From NCBI RefSeq assembly GCF_036321535.1, contig NC_087436.1, positions 94,242,001 through 94,306,000 on the forward strand: 64,000 bases of DNA. Reading direction: 5' to 3'. Shown here one piece after another: positions 12,790 to 24,580 of the stretch. Numbering within the stretch: position 1 is the stretch's first letter; every line of letters starts with the position of its first letter. This DNA comes from Camelus dromedarius (taxonomy: Eukaryota). The notes beneath the pieces are model-generated. The model was not told where the DNA came from. It saw only the letters and a program-made list of their open reading frames with translations, and searched no databases. The position numbers and the translations under genes are program-made.

Positions 12790-14949
12790 GATATATCTTA
12801 CTTGGTATTTTGCAAAAGCACATCTTTTTTTTTTTTTTTTACATTGAAGTCATTGAAAATTCATCTTATTCCATCTGTGTCAGAAGCAATAACCATGCTT
12901 TTCAGTTAGCAGATTATGATAACACATAATGAATAAAACATAATACAAAAAAAGATAGAGCAGGAGGTCTACCTGGATCAATTAATTCTGCCCATCCTCC
13001 CCCAGTTCGGACAATACTCTCTTCATGTGTTCATTTTACTAGTGTTTTTCCATGGATCACCTATAACAACTACTCACCCATTTATTTACTCAAACAATGA
13101 ATGGATGACTGTATATAGTTCTCATGGCAAATGTGATGAGAACCATGTTAACCACTCTCTTCCTTGGTTTTCTTTTCTACGAAATGGGGAAGAGGTCACT
13201 GCTGACTTCAACTTTACAAGAAACAAGTGTAGTGATAAGAAGACTCTAACTTACGCTCTAATAAGCAATTGAGCATTCTGTAATGCTTGGAATTTTTCTT
13301 CTAAAAGTAATTTATTAGTTTTCTGTTTTACTGAAAAAGAGACATAGAGAGGTTTGGCATTTCTTCCCAGGAAAGCAAATTCTTTTCTTTGGGCTTTCTC
13401 TGAGTACTACTGAATAGCCTCTACATGTATAGAACACTTTAGAATTTTTAAGTGGCACCCACATTTGCTTGTTAAAATGTAAGTACAGTTGACAAAGACT
13501 CTAAACATGCTCACATCCTTGACTGAATCATCCCACTCCCAGGAATTCTCCTAAGAGATAAATTCTAAACGAAAGAAAATGTTTTTGTGTGACGTTATTA
13601 TTCATAATAGAAGGAAGATCATTTTACCTCATTTCAGCACTTACTCAACTTATCATCTCAGTGCCTGGTGCCCTGGTAGGAGAGTTCTGGATTAATGGCT
13701 CCCAGATGCTCACCTGTAGAACAACAACAAGTCACCTGGAAGAAAAACATTTGCATTTTTATGATACAGATTCCTGGACCCCACTCCAGGGCTGGGTGTG
13801 ATACATGAGAATTGGTATTTTTGAAAAGCTTTCCAAGGGATTTTGATGTCCAGCCAGCTTAAGGAACTACGATTCTAGGCCAGAACCAGACAAATCAAAC
13901 CATCTCTGAACTGTGGTCCACATCCAGGGAACAACAGTATGACAATGTCTTATTTAAGGCATCGAGAAGTTACTCAGGACAGTCAAGCAACTGCTGGAGT
14001 CAAATGACTGAAGAGCCGCAGAGGGGCAGCCTTAATTCTGGCACCTTCCCCTCTCTCTGTTCACCCTTTCCATCTCTGCCACCCGCACCCCCTTGCTCTC
14101 ACTGCCCAACCCAGACTCAATACTGCCCTGCTGCCTTCCAGCAGACTCCACTTTGCCGCCCCATCCTGACTTGTGTCCACCCCCTTCCATACAAAGAACC
14201 CCCAGATCTCCTCCCTCATGACATTAGTGGGGCTCTAGAAAGAAAAACAGTATTACGATTTGACCAAAGTAATCTACATGTATAATTGAGAATCCTCTGA
14301 ATAATGAACATATAAATCATATTTGCATTTTTAAAGGCCACTTACTAATCCTAAAGAATCTATGACCTGAAAAAAGAGTGGAACAGGAAAGCAGGGTGCT
14401 TTTTAATCTTGGCTTTCACCCACACCCAAGCATCCAGAACCCAAATAAGCACTTTGGTTATTTATTGTCAAAACGGTCCCAACTCCTGAATAGAAGTGTT
14501 TTTTTCAGCTGTTCCTTGTTAACACTAAAATTAAAATATATAACATAAAATAAATAATTTAACTTAAACTGGCCAAGGAAGAAGAGTCACCCTCTTGCCT
14601 CTAACTCCAAGTACTCTATAATTCCACTCAGAGCATTCAGAGAGCATTATCCACAGATGTCCACAAATAACACAGCAGTCACTCAGAGAGTTGTCCTCTA
14701 AGTGAGAATTTGCTATGGAAAGGCTTAAAAAGTCAATTTCTAATCTTGTTTTCCTTTTTTCATATGCATTTTTGCTATAAAACATCCAGCCCTGTGCCTA
14801 ATCCATGCTTGGTGCTCCAAAAATATTAATCCCCAGCCTCTACCTTCACCCCCACTTTACTGGAATTACAAAAGTCACTTTACAGCTATCTTGTTCCCAA
14901 GCCAGCGACCATATATTATCTTCATTCTAATGTTCCCAGCCTTGGTAAG

Positions 14950-15230
14950 ACTCATAATAGCTATATTTACTGAGAGTTTATTTTATGCCAGGCACTAGGC
15001 TAAATGCTTTACATATTTTTATCTCATTTTATCCCTACAACAACCCTCTGGAGTAGATATTTCCAGTTATTGTTAGAGCTACTTTACAGATTTTTGTTTT
15101 TTAATATCTGAGGATTGAAGAAGTTAAGTAACATGTCTGAGGTTCTCATAGATCAGAAGCAAGAGCACCAGGATTCAACACAAGGCAATCTGGCTCCAAA
15201 GTCTGGGTTCTTATTCACCACGCTGTATCT
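14950..15230 (-). mobile_element. MIR SINE
   Basis: atgccaggcactaggctaaatgctttaca...cctacaacaaccctctg...aagttaagtaac...ggattcaa. Confidence 0.75.
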
Positions 15231-16844
15231 TTGTTATTACGTGAACACAGATATTTCATGGCTCAGGAAAAAAAAAAAAAGTGCTCTGAATCATTAGGAA
15301 AGGAGCGGAAGCAAATCCACCACCTCTCATTCAGACACGCAAGGGAAACCATACATAGTTCATGGAATTCTTGTTCTGGTGTTTGAAGAGTAAAGACTTG
15401 CCTGTAACTGGACAGCCAACTTGTCCTTCCAAGGGGAAAGCCATTTTAATTACCGGATGATTGAAAGGCCTCCTTAAAATGTAGTACCCAGAAATGGAGG
15501 TCTTACAGGTACCCCAAGCCACACAAGGCTTTCTCAGCATGGGTGGTGTACTGGGGGAGAGAGTGGGGAGAGGGAGGTGAAGGGTCACAGACACGGAGAT
15601 GCACAACACAGCCCCAAGCATGAGGAGGGAGGACCCCCAGGCAACCCCCCACATGGAATTCTGCTGGAGCTGCGAAAGCAGAGGAAAAAGAGCCTGATGG
15701 CCCAAAGAGACCAGAAAACCACTGAATAGAGCCTCTTCTCCTCAGCAGCCTCTCAAGGCCCTCCATAATCTGTCTACATCTTAATTTTCCAAGCTTATTT
15801 TCTGCCCATATGTAAAACTAATTTTCTTCTTTTCTCAGGCCAATCTCCTCAACTAGACTGGTTGTCTCCCAGTACATCTCGCCTTTGTGCCTTTGACCAC
15901 ACAGTCCTCCTTCTCAGTCGACTCAATTCTCTTGTCTTTTCAAGGACCATGTCTTCCAGACAACTCCAGCCTACCCTCAAATCTTATTCTCCGAACTCCT
16001 ATAACTCTTACAGCCTACAGCCACCCAACGCGACCCTTAATTCCCATCTTGTAGTGCCTCCTGAATTTTAGTTCTTACCCCGACTACTAGATTATAAGGT
16101 CCTTCAAAATAGAGAATTCTTTACATTTCTTATATCCTCCACAGCACCAGCTTAGAATGAATATGTGATTATTGACTACTTGTTGTTTAGTTGAATATTT
16201 CAATGGCAGCTTTAATTTAGTGGGGGAAAAAAACCCAAACCCAGTGATTTCCCAAACTTTATTTAGTTATGACCCAGGCTACTGACTGGTACGTCACAGC
16301 ATGTCTCCAAATCAAACCACCTCAAAAACTAAGTTTAATCGAATTTAAAAATATATACTTATACATCATATACCACTTTTAGAAATTTTACATTGGGAAT
16401 AGGTGAAATGAACAAGTTAGAAATTCAGATCTGAAACTGTATCATGTGGATTTTGGTTCTGTTTCTTTTCTGAATTAGAAATTTTTAAAACTCGTATTTG
16501 TACAACTTAGAGAATCTTTAGATTTACTTCATCAAACAGGGAGATATTTAAACTACCCAAATATTTGAGCTCAGTCATAGCAGTTACAAGCATATGAATT
16601 CTCTCGGAGAATATCTGGAAAACCAAAAAGCCAACTACTATAACTTTTAATGTTTCAAAAACTATGCATCTTGTTAGGACTTGGGGAAGGTGGTAGTTGG
16701 GTATCAGAGCAAATCCCCTTCCCCATACTTTACAACAGGCAGAACTGAGTAATTGCTATGTTTAGCCTATAATAAAAGCTAAATAAATTCGGAAAGATTT
16801 CTTTTGACTCTGAAGAAATATTTTTAATGAAGTAAAAATCTTAC

Positions 16845-17180
16845 CTGTTATAGAGTGCCAAAGAAATTTCTTGACACTAAAATGACTGACTCTGGAAGTC
16901 CAATTTGTTCGGAGCAGGTAAGTAAAAGCAAAAGCAGCGCAAGGCCTTTCACGGCTTTAATTTCCTCCTAGGATCGACAGTTCCTTCCTCCTCACGAATA
17001 TAACCAATTCACATTGGAAGATGTTAAATTGTGAGAGTTGGGCCAGTGGAGACTCCAACCCACAGTGGTTGGGTTTAGTGTGCGCGGCGACTGAGGCAGC
17101 AGGAACAATCCGAATGTGACAAAAGAGATTAGCAAGTTCCTGTGCAGAAGTCAATTTCCTGTAGCTGGCTTCGCCGAAAA
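16845..17180 (-). other. RHOH: RHOH non-coding first exon (5'UTR); 5' end approximate
   Basis: Minus strand reads ...gccagctacaggaaattgacttctgcacaggaacttgctaatctcttttgtcacattcggattg...gagtcagtcattttagtgtcaagaaatttctttggcactctataacag|gtaaga. This resembles the human RHOH 5'UTR as I recall it and ends in a strong donor. The position downstream of N4BP2 on the same strand fits the known N4BP2-RHOH synteny. Confidence 0.8.
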
Positions 17181-17500
17181 AGAAGGTTTCGTTTGTGTGG
17201 GTTTAGTGATGTGTGTGTGTGTGTGTGCGTGTATGTGTGTGTGCACGTGCGTATCTCGCCATGACAATATGAAAACTCCCCCAGATAAGAGGTAGAAAAA
17301 GGCCTTTGCTGCATGGTTGGGTTTGTGTTGAATTTATCCTCTCCCTTGGAACCATTTCCCTCTCCCCTGTCCCCCATTTCCCACCAGCAAATCACCTATG
17401 TAAAACTGAAGAAAGGAAGATTGAAAAACTAAGATGATTCCTTAAGGAAGTGAAATGAATCAGGGAGAAAAACAAACAAACAAAAAAGGCTGTAAGGCCA
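17181..17500 (-). promoter_or_regulatory. RHOH: RHOH proximal promoter region
   Basis: Directly upstream of the inferred exon 1. Contains an alternating purine-pyrimidine tract (17209-17254), CACGTG (17244-17249) and GGAAGTGAAATGAATCA (17446-17462). Confidence 0.6.
17209..17254 (+). repeat. Interrupted (TG)n / alternating purine-pyrimidine tract
   Basis: atgtgtgtgtgtgtgtgtgcgtgtatgtgtgtgtgcacgtgcgtat. Confidence 0.95.
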
Positions 17501-19598
17501 CACTACAGACTGGTCTTGATTAATTTAAGCTTAGGAAAAAAGCACTTTAGAAATGACATGTCAGCTTGGTGAACACACTGACTATGGAGGGAAATGGTAG
17601 GTAGGCGGCTTGCTTTGCTTTATTAATAACTACCAAGTAATGACTTGGAAAGGACAGACAGCCCCAGTGAGGACTCAGGCAGCCCCGTCCCGCGTTCGCC
17701 CTTTGATAGACCAGCATGTGTGTTTGCGGTACGTGACTGTGAGTTGTTTTCAGACTCCTCGGAGTTTCATTATTTGCCTCCAAACACAAATGTACTTGTT
17801 CTGTCCTTCGGTGCAATGCAGGTGTAGAGACCATCTGCACCTGTTTAGATTATGGATGAGTTGCCTACACAAACAAATTTAACTTTCGTGATGTGGTCAC
17901 AATCCCCTATGCCTCGAATCTCTGAATAACTGTAAATGCTCCCTCCCAGGGTGAAATCTTGGTCAAATGCCTACATGCAGGATAAAAATCAACTCCATCA
18001 AGTCCACAGGCATTTATAGAGCCCCTGCTATGAGCAAGACCCAGTGCTGGGTGCTGGGGCTGGGGAGGGCACACAAGGATGAACGAGATGGAATCTCTCA
18101 CTTGTCATGGCCTAAATCAAGCAGAGGGGAAAGATGTGGACATAAAGGAGATACCATGAGTCAGGACCTAATTACAGATCTCACTCAAAAAATCCCGAGA
18201 CCCGAGAGTCAGGTGAAAGGAACAACGTGTGTCCAATCTTTGGCTGGTTAAAATAACCATTAGATGTTGACACAGATTCTCTCAAAATATTCCAGGGATC
18301 CTTGGCTGGCTTTCAGGAGGTCCTGCAGACCCACATGTATCATCTGAGGGCCAGCCTCATCATTGCAGACTCAGAATCCTGTCATGTGCCTGATCCTGTG
18401 AACTGAAGAGAAGCACACAGACCAAGACAGACATACAGACATACAGACAGACATACTCCCTGTGCTTGCAGCACCTACATCCTAGTGGGGGCAGACCAAA
18501 AACATTCATACAAATGCAATCATTACAAATTACAATAGCTGTTGCAAAGGAGTCAGAGAAGAAGCTGAGCTAGAGAGCAAGACAGTGTCTACGTCCCAGG
18601 GGTGGTCAAGGAGGGCCTCTTTGTGCAGCTGACATTTAAGATGAGACTTGAAGCTGTGAACCTCAGCTCTGGCTAAGAAGTTTTTAAGAAATAACCAGTA
18701 CCTAGGCCCCACCCCCAGAGTTTCTAGTTTGATTTGTCTGGGTTGGGGCCTGGGCATCAGTGTAAACTCTCCAGTCATTCTAACGTGACTCTACTGCTCT
18801 AATGATGAAAAAGAGGAGCCTAAGGAGAGTAGAATGAAGGAAAGTCCAAACAAAGGCAATTGCATGTGCAAAGGCCCTGAGGTGGGAAGAGCTTGGCATG
18901 TTCAAGGGAGTGAAAGAGGACTGACATTGTCTGCTGGGCAGTGATAGCAGGGATAAACGGCGCAAGTGAGCAACAGAGATGGCTATGCAGCTACTAGGTC
19001 CACAAGAGACTCTTGCGTGAACCCAGGCATCAATTTGTTAATGTGTAGTAAGAACTCAATTTGGCAGGTGAGATCCTGAGCCCTCTGATAAGCTTCTTCC
19101 AGAAAATTCTCCAAGGAAAGCCAGATCACCATCATGGTGTTATTAGGTAAGCAGAACATATATCTGCTGGATATTTTATTTATTTACCTCTCGTTTGGGT
19201 TGACTGAGGGCAGCTTATAAAAATACATACATCTTAGCATGATAAAACAAATTTAAAAAAAGAAATGGAATGATGAGGCCAAAAGAAATGAAGGCAAAGA
19301 TTAAGCTAAAACCAGGGATGAGGGTGATACCGAAAATGAAAACGCTGAGGAGTTCTAAACATTTACGCCACCGGCGTGAAGCAGCGAACACCACCACACA
19401 GAAAGCTGCGGGCCTACTGAACAAACATGAGTGCGCCGCTCAGGATGCTCAGGATGGTGAGGGCGTCCTCGCTTCCTGGTGCTGAGACTGAAGAGAAACT
19501 CGTTGCCTAGATTCTCACAGGAGAACATCCGACTCCAGTGGAAAGCCATCCTTCGGCTGAACGCAGCCAGCCACAAGTCCTGCGAGGCGGTTCCTTAC

Positions 19599-19809
19599 CT
19601 GTTTCCTCCGTGGCGGCTGATTTCATCTCATGAAAATGTCGACTGAAAGCTACCCCAGGGCACACGTAGGGGACGGTGTGCCAGGGCATTAGTACAGCGT
19701 GTGCGGCCCCAGGATGCTGCTCCATTAGGACAGTTTAATGCAGAGGTGAAGATCGGCTTCAGGTGTGCCTCAGAAAATTCAGGAGAACAGAGTTTTCTCA
19801 TCCAAGAGT
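19599..19809 (-). other. Candidate upstream alternative non-coding exon of RHOH
   Basis: Minus-strand acceptor ctctttgctgcccctaatcttttag| and strong donor AACAG|gtaagg, overlapping a CpG-enriched non-repeat segment. RHOH is known to have heterogeneous 5' non-coding exons. Confidence 0.4.
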
Positions 19810-20549
19810 CTAAAAGATTAGGGGCAGCAAAGAGTTCAAAAATGGTTGTACTTCCAGCAAGGGATCCAGTGGTTTCCAAGGGTCCCTGTGCCCCTTGAGA
19901 AGCAGAGGAGTCGGGCAAGGACAGCTGCGTACAGGGGCAGCCCCCTCCACCTCCAGGAGAAGGGGGGACTCTGCCCTTTGGGAAACAAAGCAAGAGACAC
20001 CACAGGCGTGCTTTGTAAGTTCAGGGCCTCAGGCCTTGTGCACTTTCTCCACAAAAGAGCATACATACGCACGGTGAGGGCAGACAGGGTGTGCCTGCAG
20101 CCCAAGTTCTCCCACCCTTTCCTGGATGGTGCTGGAAAGGATGTTGCCCACAGAAAGCCCTTCTCCCCTTGGCTCCCAGGCTGCCCCTCCGCCTCTTCTG
20201 AGGGACTTGCTGTCAGTGTGTTTGTAGTTGTAGTTTGCCATGTTCTCATAGAGTCAGGCTTCGCGCTGCCTCCTGTTCCTGACAGTGAGAAGTGGTTTTT
20301 CCTATTGCCTCTTACACACCTCACATCTGCATGTAAAATTTAATCTCAGAGGGGATTTTCTTGATGGGGTCGGAGGGGGAGGGGTTGAGGGACAGCCATC
20401 TAACTTTCTTCCTTTCCTAGAAATCTCTCTTTTTGGTTTTTTCTCTCTTTCTCTCTCTCTCACACACAAACACACATTTTTTAACAGATGAGGTAGTAGT
20501 GAGGGAAGGAAGCAAATAACCTAAAATCACATGTACACACTACAGGCTT

Positions 20550-20571
20550 ACACACACACACACACACACAC
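20550..20571 (+). repeat. (AC)n microsatellite
   Basis: Read directly from the sequence. Confidence 0.95.
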
Positions 20572-23500
20572 CCCTCTGGGTGTGTCATTTCTGATGCTGT
20601 ATAGCCCAGCCTTGGGACAGAAGTGGGGGGAAATCCTGGGGAGTTCACAGTGGTGGTGGGAAGGAAACATGGGTATGGAGTTCCAGTAAGAACCAGACCC
20701 TCATTATAAGCTGGAAGTCTTCCATGATGGCCACCCACCCCAACTGTGAGCCAGGTTCATGCCCTCCCATGAGGGCCCACAGCACCTGTTTACACTGCCA
20801 AGTGCTCACTAAAAAGCCAGTCATGTCCGGGGCCCCGGAGGCCCAGGGCCTGGCCTTGCTCACTGGTGCGTCTCAGGCAGTAAATAGTCAGCCACTACAG
20901 AAGCATTTGCTGACCCATGGATGGACTCCCTCATCTGATCTCACAACAGCCTTATGTGGTCATCATTTTTAAATATAATTTACAGCCAAGGAGCCCTCAG
21001 CTGGTTAAATGATTTGCATGAAATGCCACAGCCACGAAAAGCAGAACAAAGATTCACCCCTTCCTCCCGCCCTGGCTCTTTACTCTGCTGTCTCCCAATG
21101 GGGAGGGCTGGGCTGCTGGGGGGGCAGGGGGCAGCCCGAGCCCCAGACCGCTGAGCACCCCTCCTCTGAGGTTCCTAGGCAAACACAGTTGGCTAAAGGT
21201 CATGACTTGCTTTCTCAAAAACACCCTCATTTGAAACATCCTCTGATAAGGCAGATGAACAGCTTCTTTTCTCTTTAGCAGCCTCCCAAGAACGAGGATC
21301 TCTTTCATTAAGATTTTTAAATAATATAATAATTGTCTGTGTACTCTGAACTCATTCCTAAATGGTATTCTTGCCCACTGCAAAGGTCTCAGCCATTTAC
21401 ATCAAAGAGAACTCTTAATGACAATGGTAATTGTAACGAACAGGAAACCTTGAAAACCCTGTGATATCAATCATTTACTCAATTTTTACCCTGGGTTAGT
21501 AAGATGCCTCCCCCTTCTCCTTACTGTTAGCATATGAAGTGAAATGACTTGGATTTAGTGGGTAGCTTTTAATGTTTACACGGACCCTCATTCACGATAT
21601 GCCACACCAAAAATAAAATATTTCAGTGGGTTCTGAAGATGGGAAATATGTACTAAAACTTTGTCTGAAGTCTTTGAGTTTCAAACCCAGGGCATTCATC
21701 AGACTGTAATTATTTTTACCCAGCTCCTCACTAAGAGATAAACAACGGTATTAAACCAGAACACGCATTCTTTCTGTTTGATTTTATGATGGAGATTGTA
21801 AAATGTTAGCTCTTCGTAAGAGAAAGAGCTTAACTCTGATGTCTCACTTTCAGTGTAAAAATACATTCATATAAAGTACCCTTTAAAATTATAAATATTA
21901 AAATATCCTGGAAATGCCACAGGCTAGAAAAGACAGGAATGATTTTCTCCTTATGCGTTTTAATTCTTTATAAACAACAGCCTCCCTAACCGAGAGGAAT
22001 ATCATTTCGAACATCTTCTGACTTCCCTCTTCCAACCACAGCCATGAAAACATCATTCCCCCGCTGTTATTCTCATCATCCATTTTCTCTTTAACTGTTT
22101 TAATGTAACATAATGTATTGCTTTTTGTTTCAGCGAATGTCAGGTTCTCAGGATTCTCAATTGCCGTTTTTATCCTGGTTTGTTTGCCGTGTATAACTGT
22201 GTTTATCTAGCAAACATTTACATCCTGGTCCTTTTTACTGTAGAGCCATAATTCATAACAAGGCAGGGTCTTGTTGCAGAAGACGGCAGCACCCACTGTA
22301 ATCATTCCAGCTGTGGCTCTGAAGTTACGGTGTAACTTTTTTTTTAAGTGTCAGAGCAGAGTTAATGTCAAATGACTGTTACCCTTCCAGCAATCCCTGA
22401 ATATTTGGTGCACTTTTCCAACACTGCAGAGGCTAGGCAAAGCACTTTTAGAACCTTTTTATAATATCTTTCAGAGACAGTTTAATGAACTACAAAAGGA
22501 AATCAGTATCACTGCATTCTATTCACAGCTTGTTTTTGATTCAAAATACAATCAGCTTGTTCCCCACTTTATTCACTGGATGTAGCTCCAAAGGGCTGTC
22601 TCCCAAAATCAAATCCACCTGAAGAGGCCAAAGATTGGCTGTCACTGAAGGAATTTAAAAGAATGTGCCTGGGGCTCCAAGAACAAACCCCGACAAGAAG
22701 TTTGAAACGCAACGTAAGAGCAGCGTCATTGGGTCAAATGCACAAACTCCCAGGGGACTCCTGCACTGTGCACAAGACCCTCTCTGATGGAGAAATCCTA
22801 ATCTGTTTAAAAAAGAAGAAGAAGACCATCACTGCGTCTTCTCAAATTCATCTTTTACTCGTTGCCTTGATAGGGATCTTTGGTTTGGGCACAAACATCA
22901 CAGTAACTGCAACTCAGCACACCTGCTCAGAGCGGGGGTTGTCAACGTTTCAGTCACAAGGCAGGGCCCAGTGAGTGCTAACTTGCCGTTGTTTCAAAAT
23001 AACAGATCTCCCGCACAGTTCTGGAGGGAATGGGTTGAAGCTTTTACCCCAGGACAATCTGAAATTTTGGAGCAAGTAGAAATCTGGATTCAGACAAAGC
23101 AAGATTCAAATCCCAGCTCTGCTTATTAACCAGGACGAGGCCCTGATTTTCCCACCTGGAAAATAGCTATAATAATATCTACCTGAGAAGGATTCTGTGA
23201 AACAGCTGTATCGTCCTTGGAAAATGGTAGACATTCAATACATGGTGGCTATTTTAGCCACTCCTGTTTTGGATTTCTGCCTTCTGGAGTTTTCTCCCTG
23301 CATTCCTACCCTCTCTTTAAATAACAACCACTGAATTTCAGAATTTGACCTTTGCCAGTGCCCAAACTCTCAATAAAAGAGGTCCTCATTCTTAGGAGAT
23401 TGTTAAAGCCATACAAGCTTACACATCATGCATAGGAGTCTAATGCCATGTGTTTATTGTCTTAACAGTTTTAAAGGGTCTAGAAATTTTTACTCAGGTT

Positions 23501-24369
23501 GTTAATGGTACTTTATTTCTTATGCATAATCTGAACAATCATAGAATCTTCAGAAATGCCCTCTGAAGTCTTCTGCTCATCACACTACAAATGTCTTAAG
23601 ATAAAAAGTATATCATTTCCTTCCTCGTTCAACAAATTATTCATTGAACACTTGCTATAATATTTACTGAACACTGTGCTAGGCACTAGCAGTGAACAGT
23701 AACGACCCAAAAATAAAATAGCCTGCTCTTATGTGTTTACATCTACCAGAGAGAAAAGCAATGAGCATGATGATTTAGTAAGATAGTAAGTACACTGTAC
23801 TGTGCTAATTACTAAAAAGGAAAATAAAGCAGGGAGGAGGAATAGGAAGCTTGGGTGGGGTGCATATTTAAATAGGATTGTCAGGAAAATTCTGGGTGAG
23901 AAGATGAGGGAAGTAAGGGCTTTTTTAAAAAACATCCAAGAGCCACATTAATGTTTAGTGGTCCTTAACATCAGCATATATCCCTAGATCTGATGATCAT
24001 TTGCCTTCTCCCTGATGAAAGGCCTACCTCCTCCTCCAGACTTGGGAGAGAGGAGCTGAGCTCCAGCTCAGAGGGGAAGCCTTCCCTCAGCTGGAAGGGG
24101 GGCTTGTGCACCCTCACCTGTCAGCCCCAGGTGACAGTTCCACTGAACTGCTCACTGACCCACACTTCTGGTCCTTTCTGAGTCTCTTCTCTGAATCTTT
24201 GTAAGTCATTTTCATGACAGACTTCTGATGTCTAGAGAGATATACGACCAGAGCTAAGTACCTAGTGGAAAATTCCCAGGTAGTAAGAGGAGCTTTTTAA
24301 GACACAGTGTCATGATGCTGCCTTGTCCTTCAGTTTGCTGGTCTCTGCTCCCTTGATCTTTTTAACCAA

Positions 24370-24580
24370 GTCATAATAATAACAGAAAGTCACACTGGCC
24401 TGCCATGTATTGCACATTTAACATGTGCCAATTAAGTGCTTTTTATGCAATTTCTTACTTAGTCACCCCAACAATTATGAGGTAGGTAATGTTATCTTCA
24501 TTTGTAGAGGAGGAAACTGAGGCAGAGAGAGCTTATGTGTCTTGCTCAAGACCTCAAGGCAATAAATGGCGCAGCTGGTC
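24370..24580 (-). mobile_element. MIR SINE
   Basis: MIR core tatgaggtaggtaatgttatcttcatttgtagaggaggaaactgaggcagagaga. Confidence 0.8.

Noticed and set aside
1..16844. Search for RHOH coding sequence or a CRISPR-like or regularly spaced repeat array
   Set aside because: No small-GTPase ORF and no repeat-spacer periodicity seen here or elsewhere in the window. The RHOH CDS is expected beyond the left edge.
19836..20343. Overlapping 162-aa and 165-aa ORFs on opposite strands
   Set aside because: Expected in locally GC-rich sequence; neither resembles RhoH (no GTPase P-loop) or any protein I recognise.
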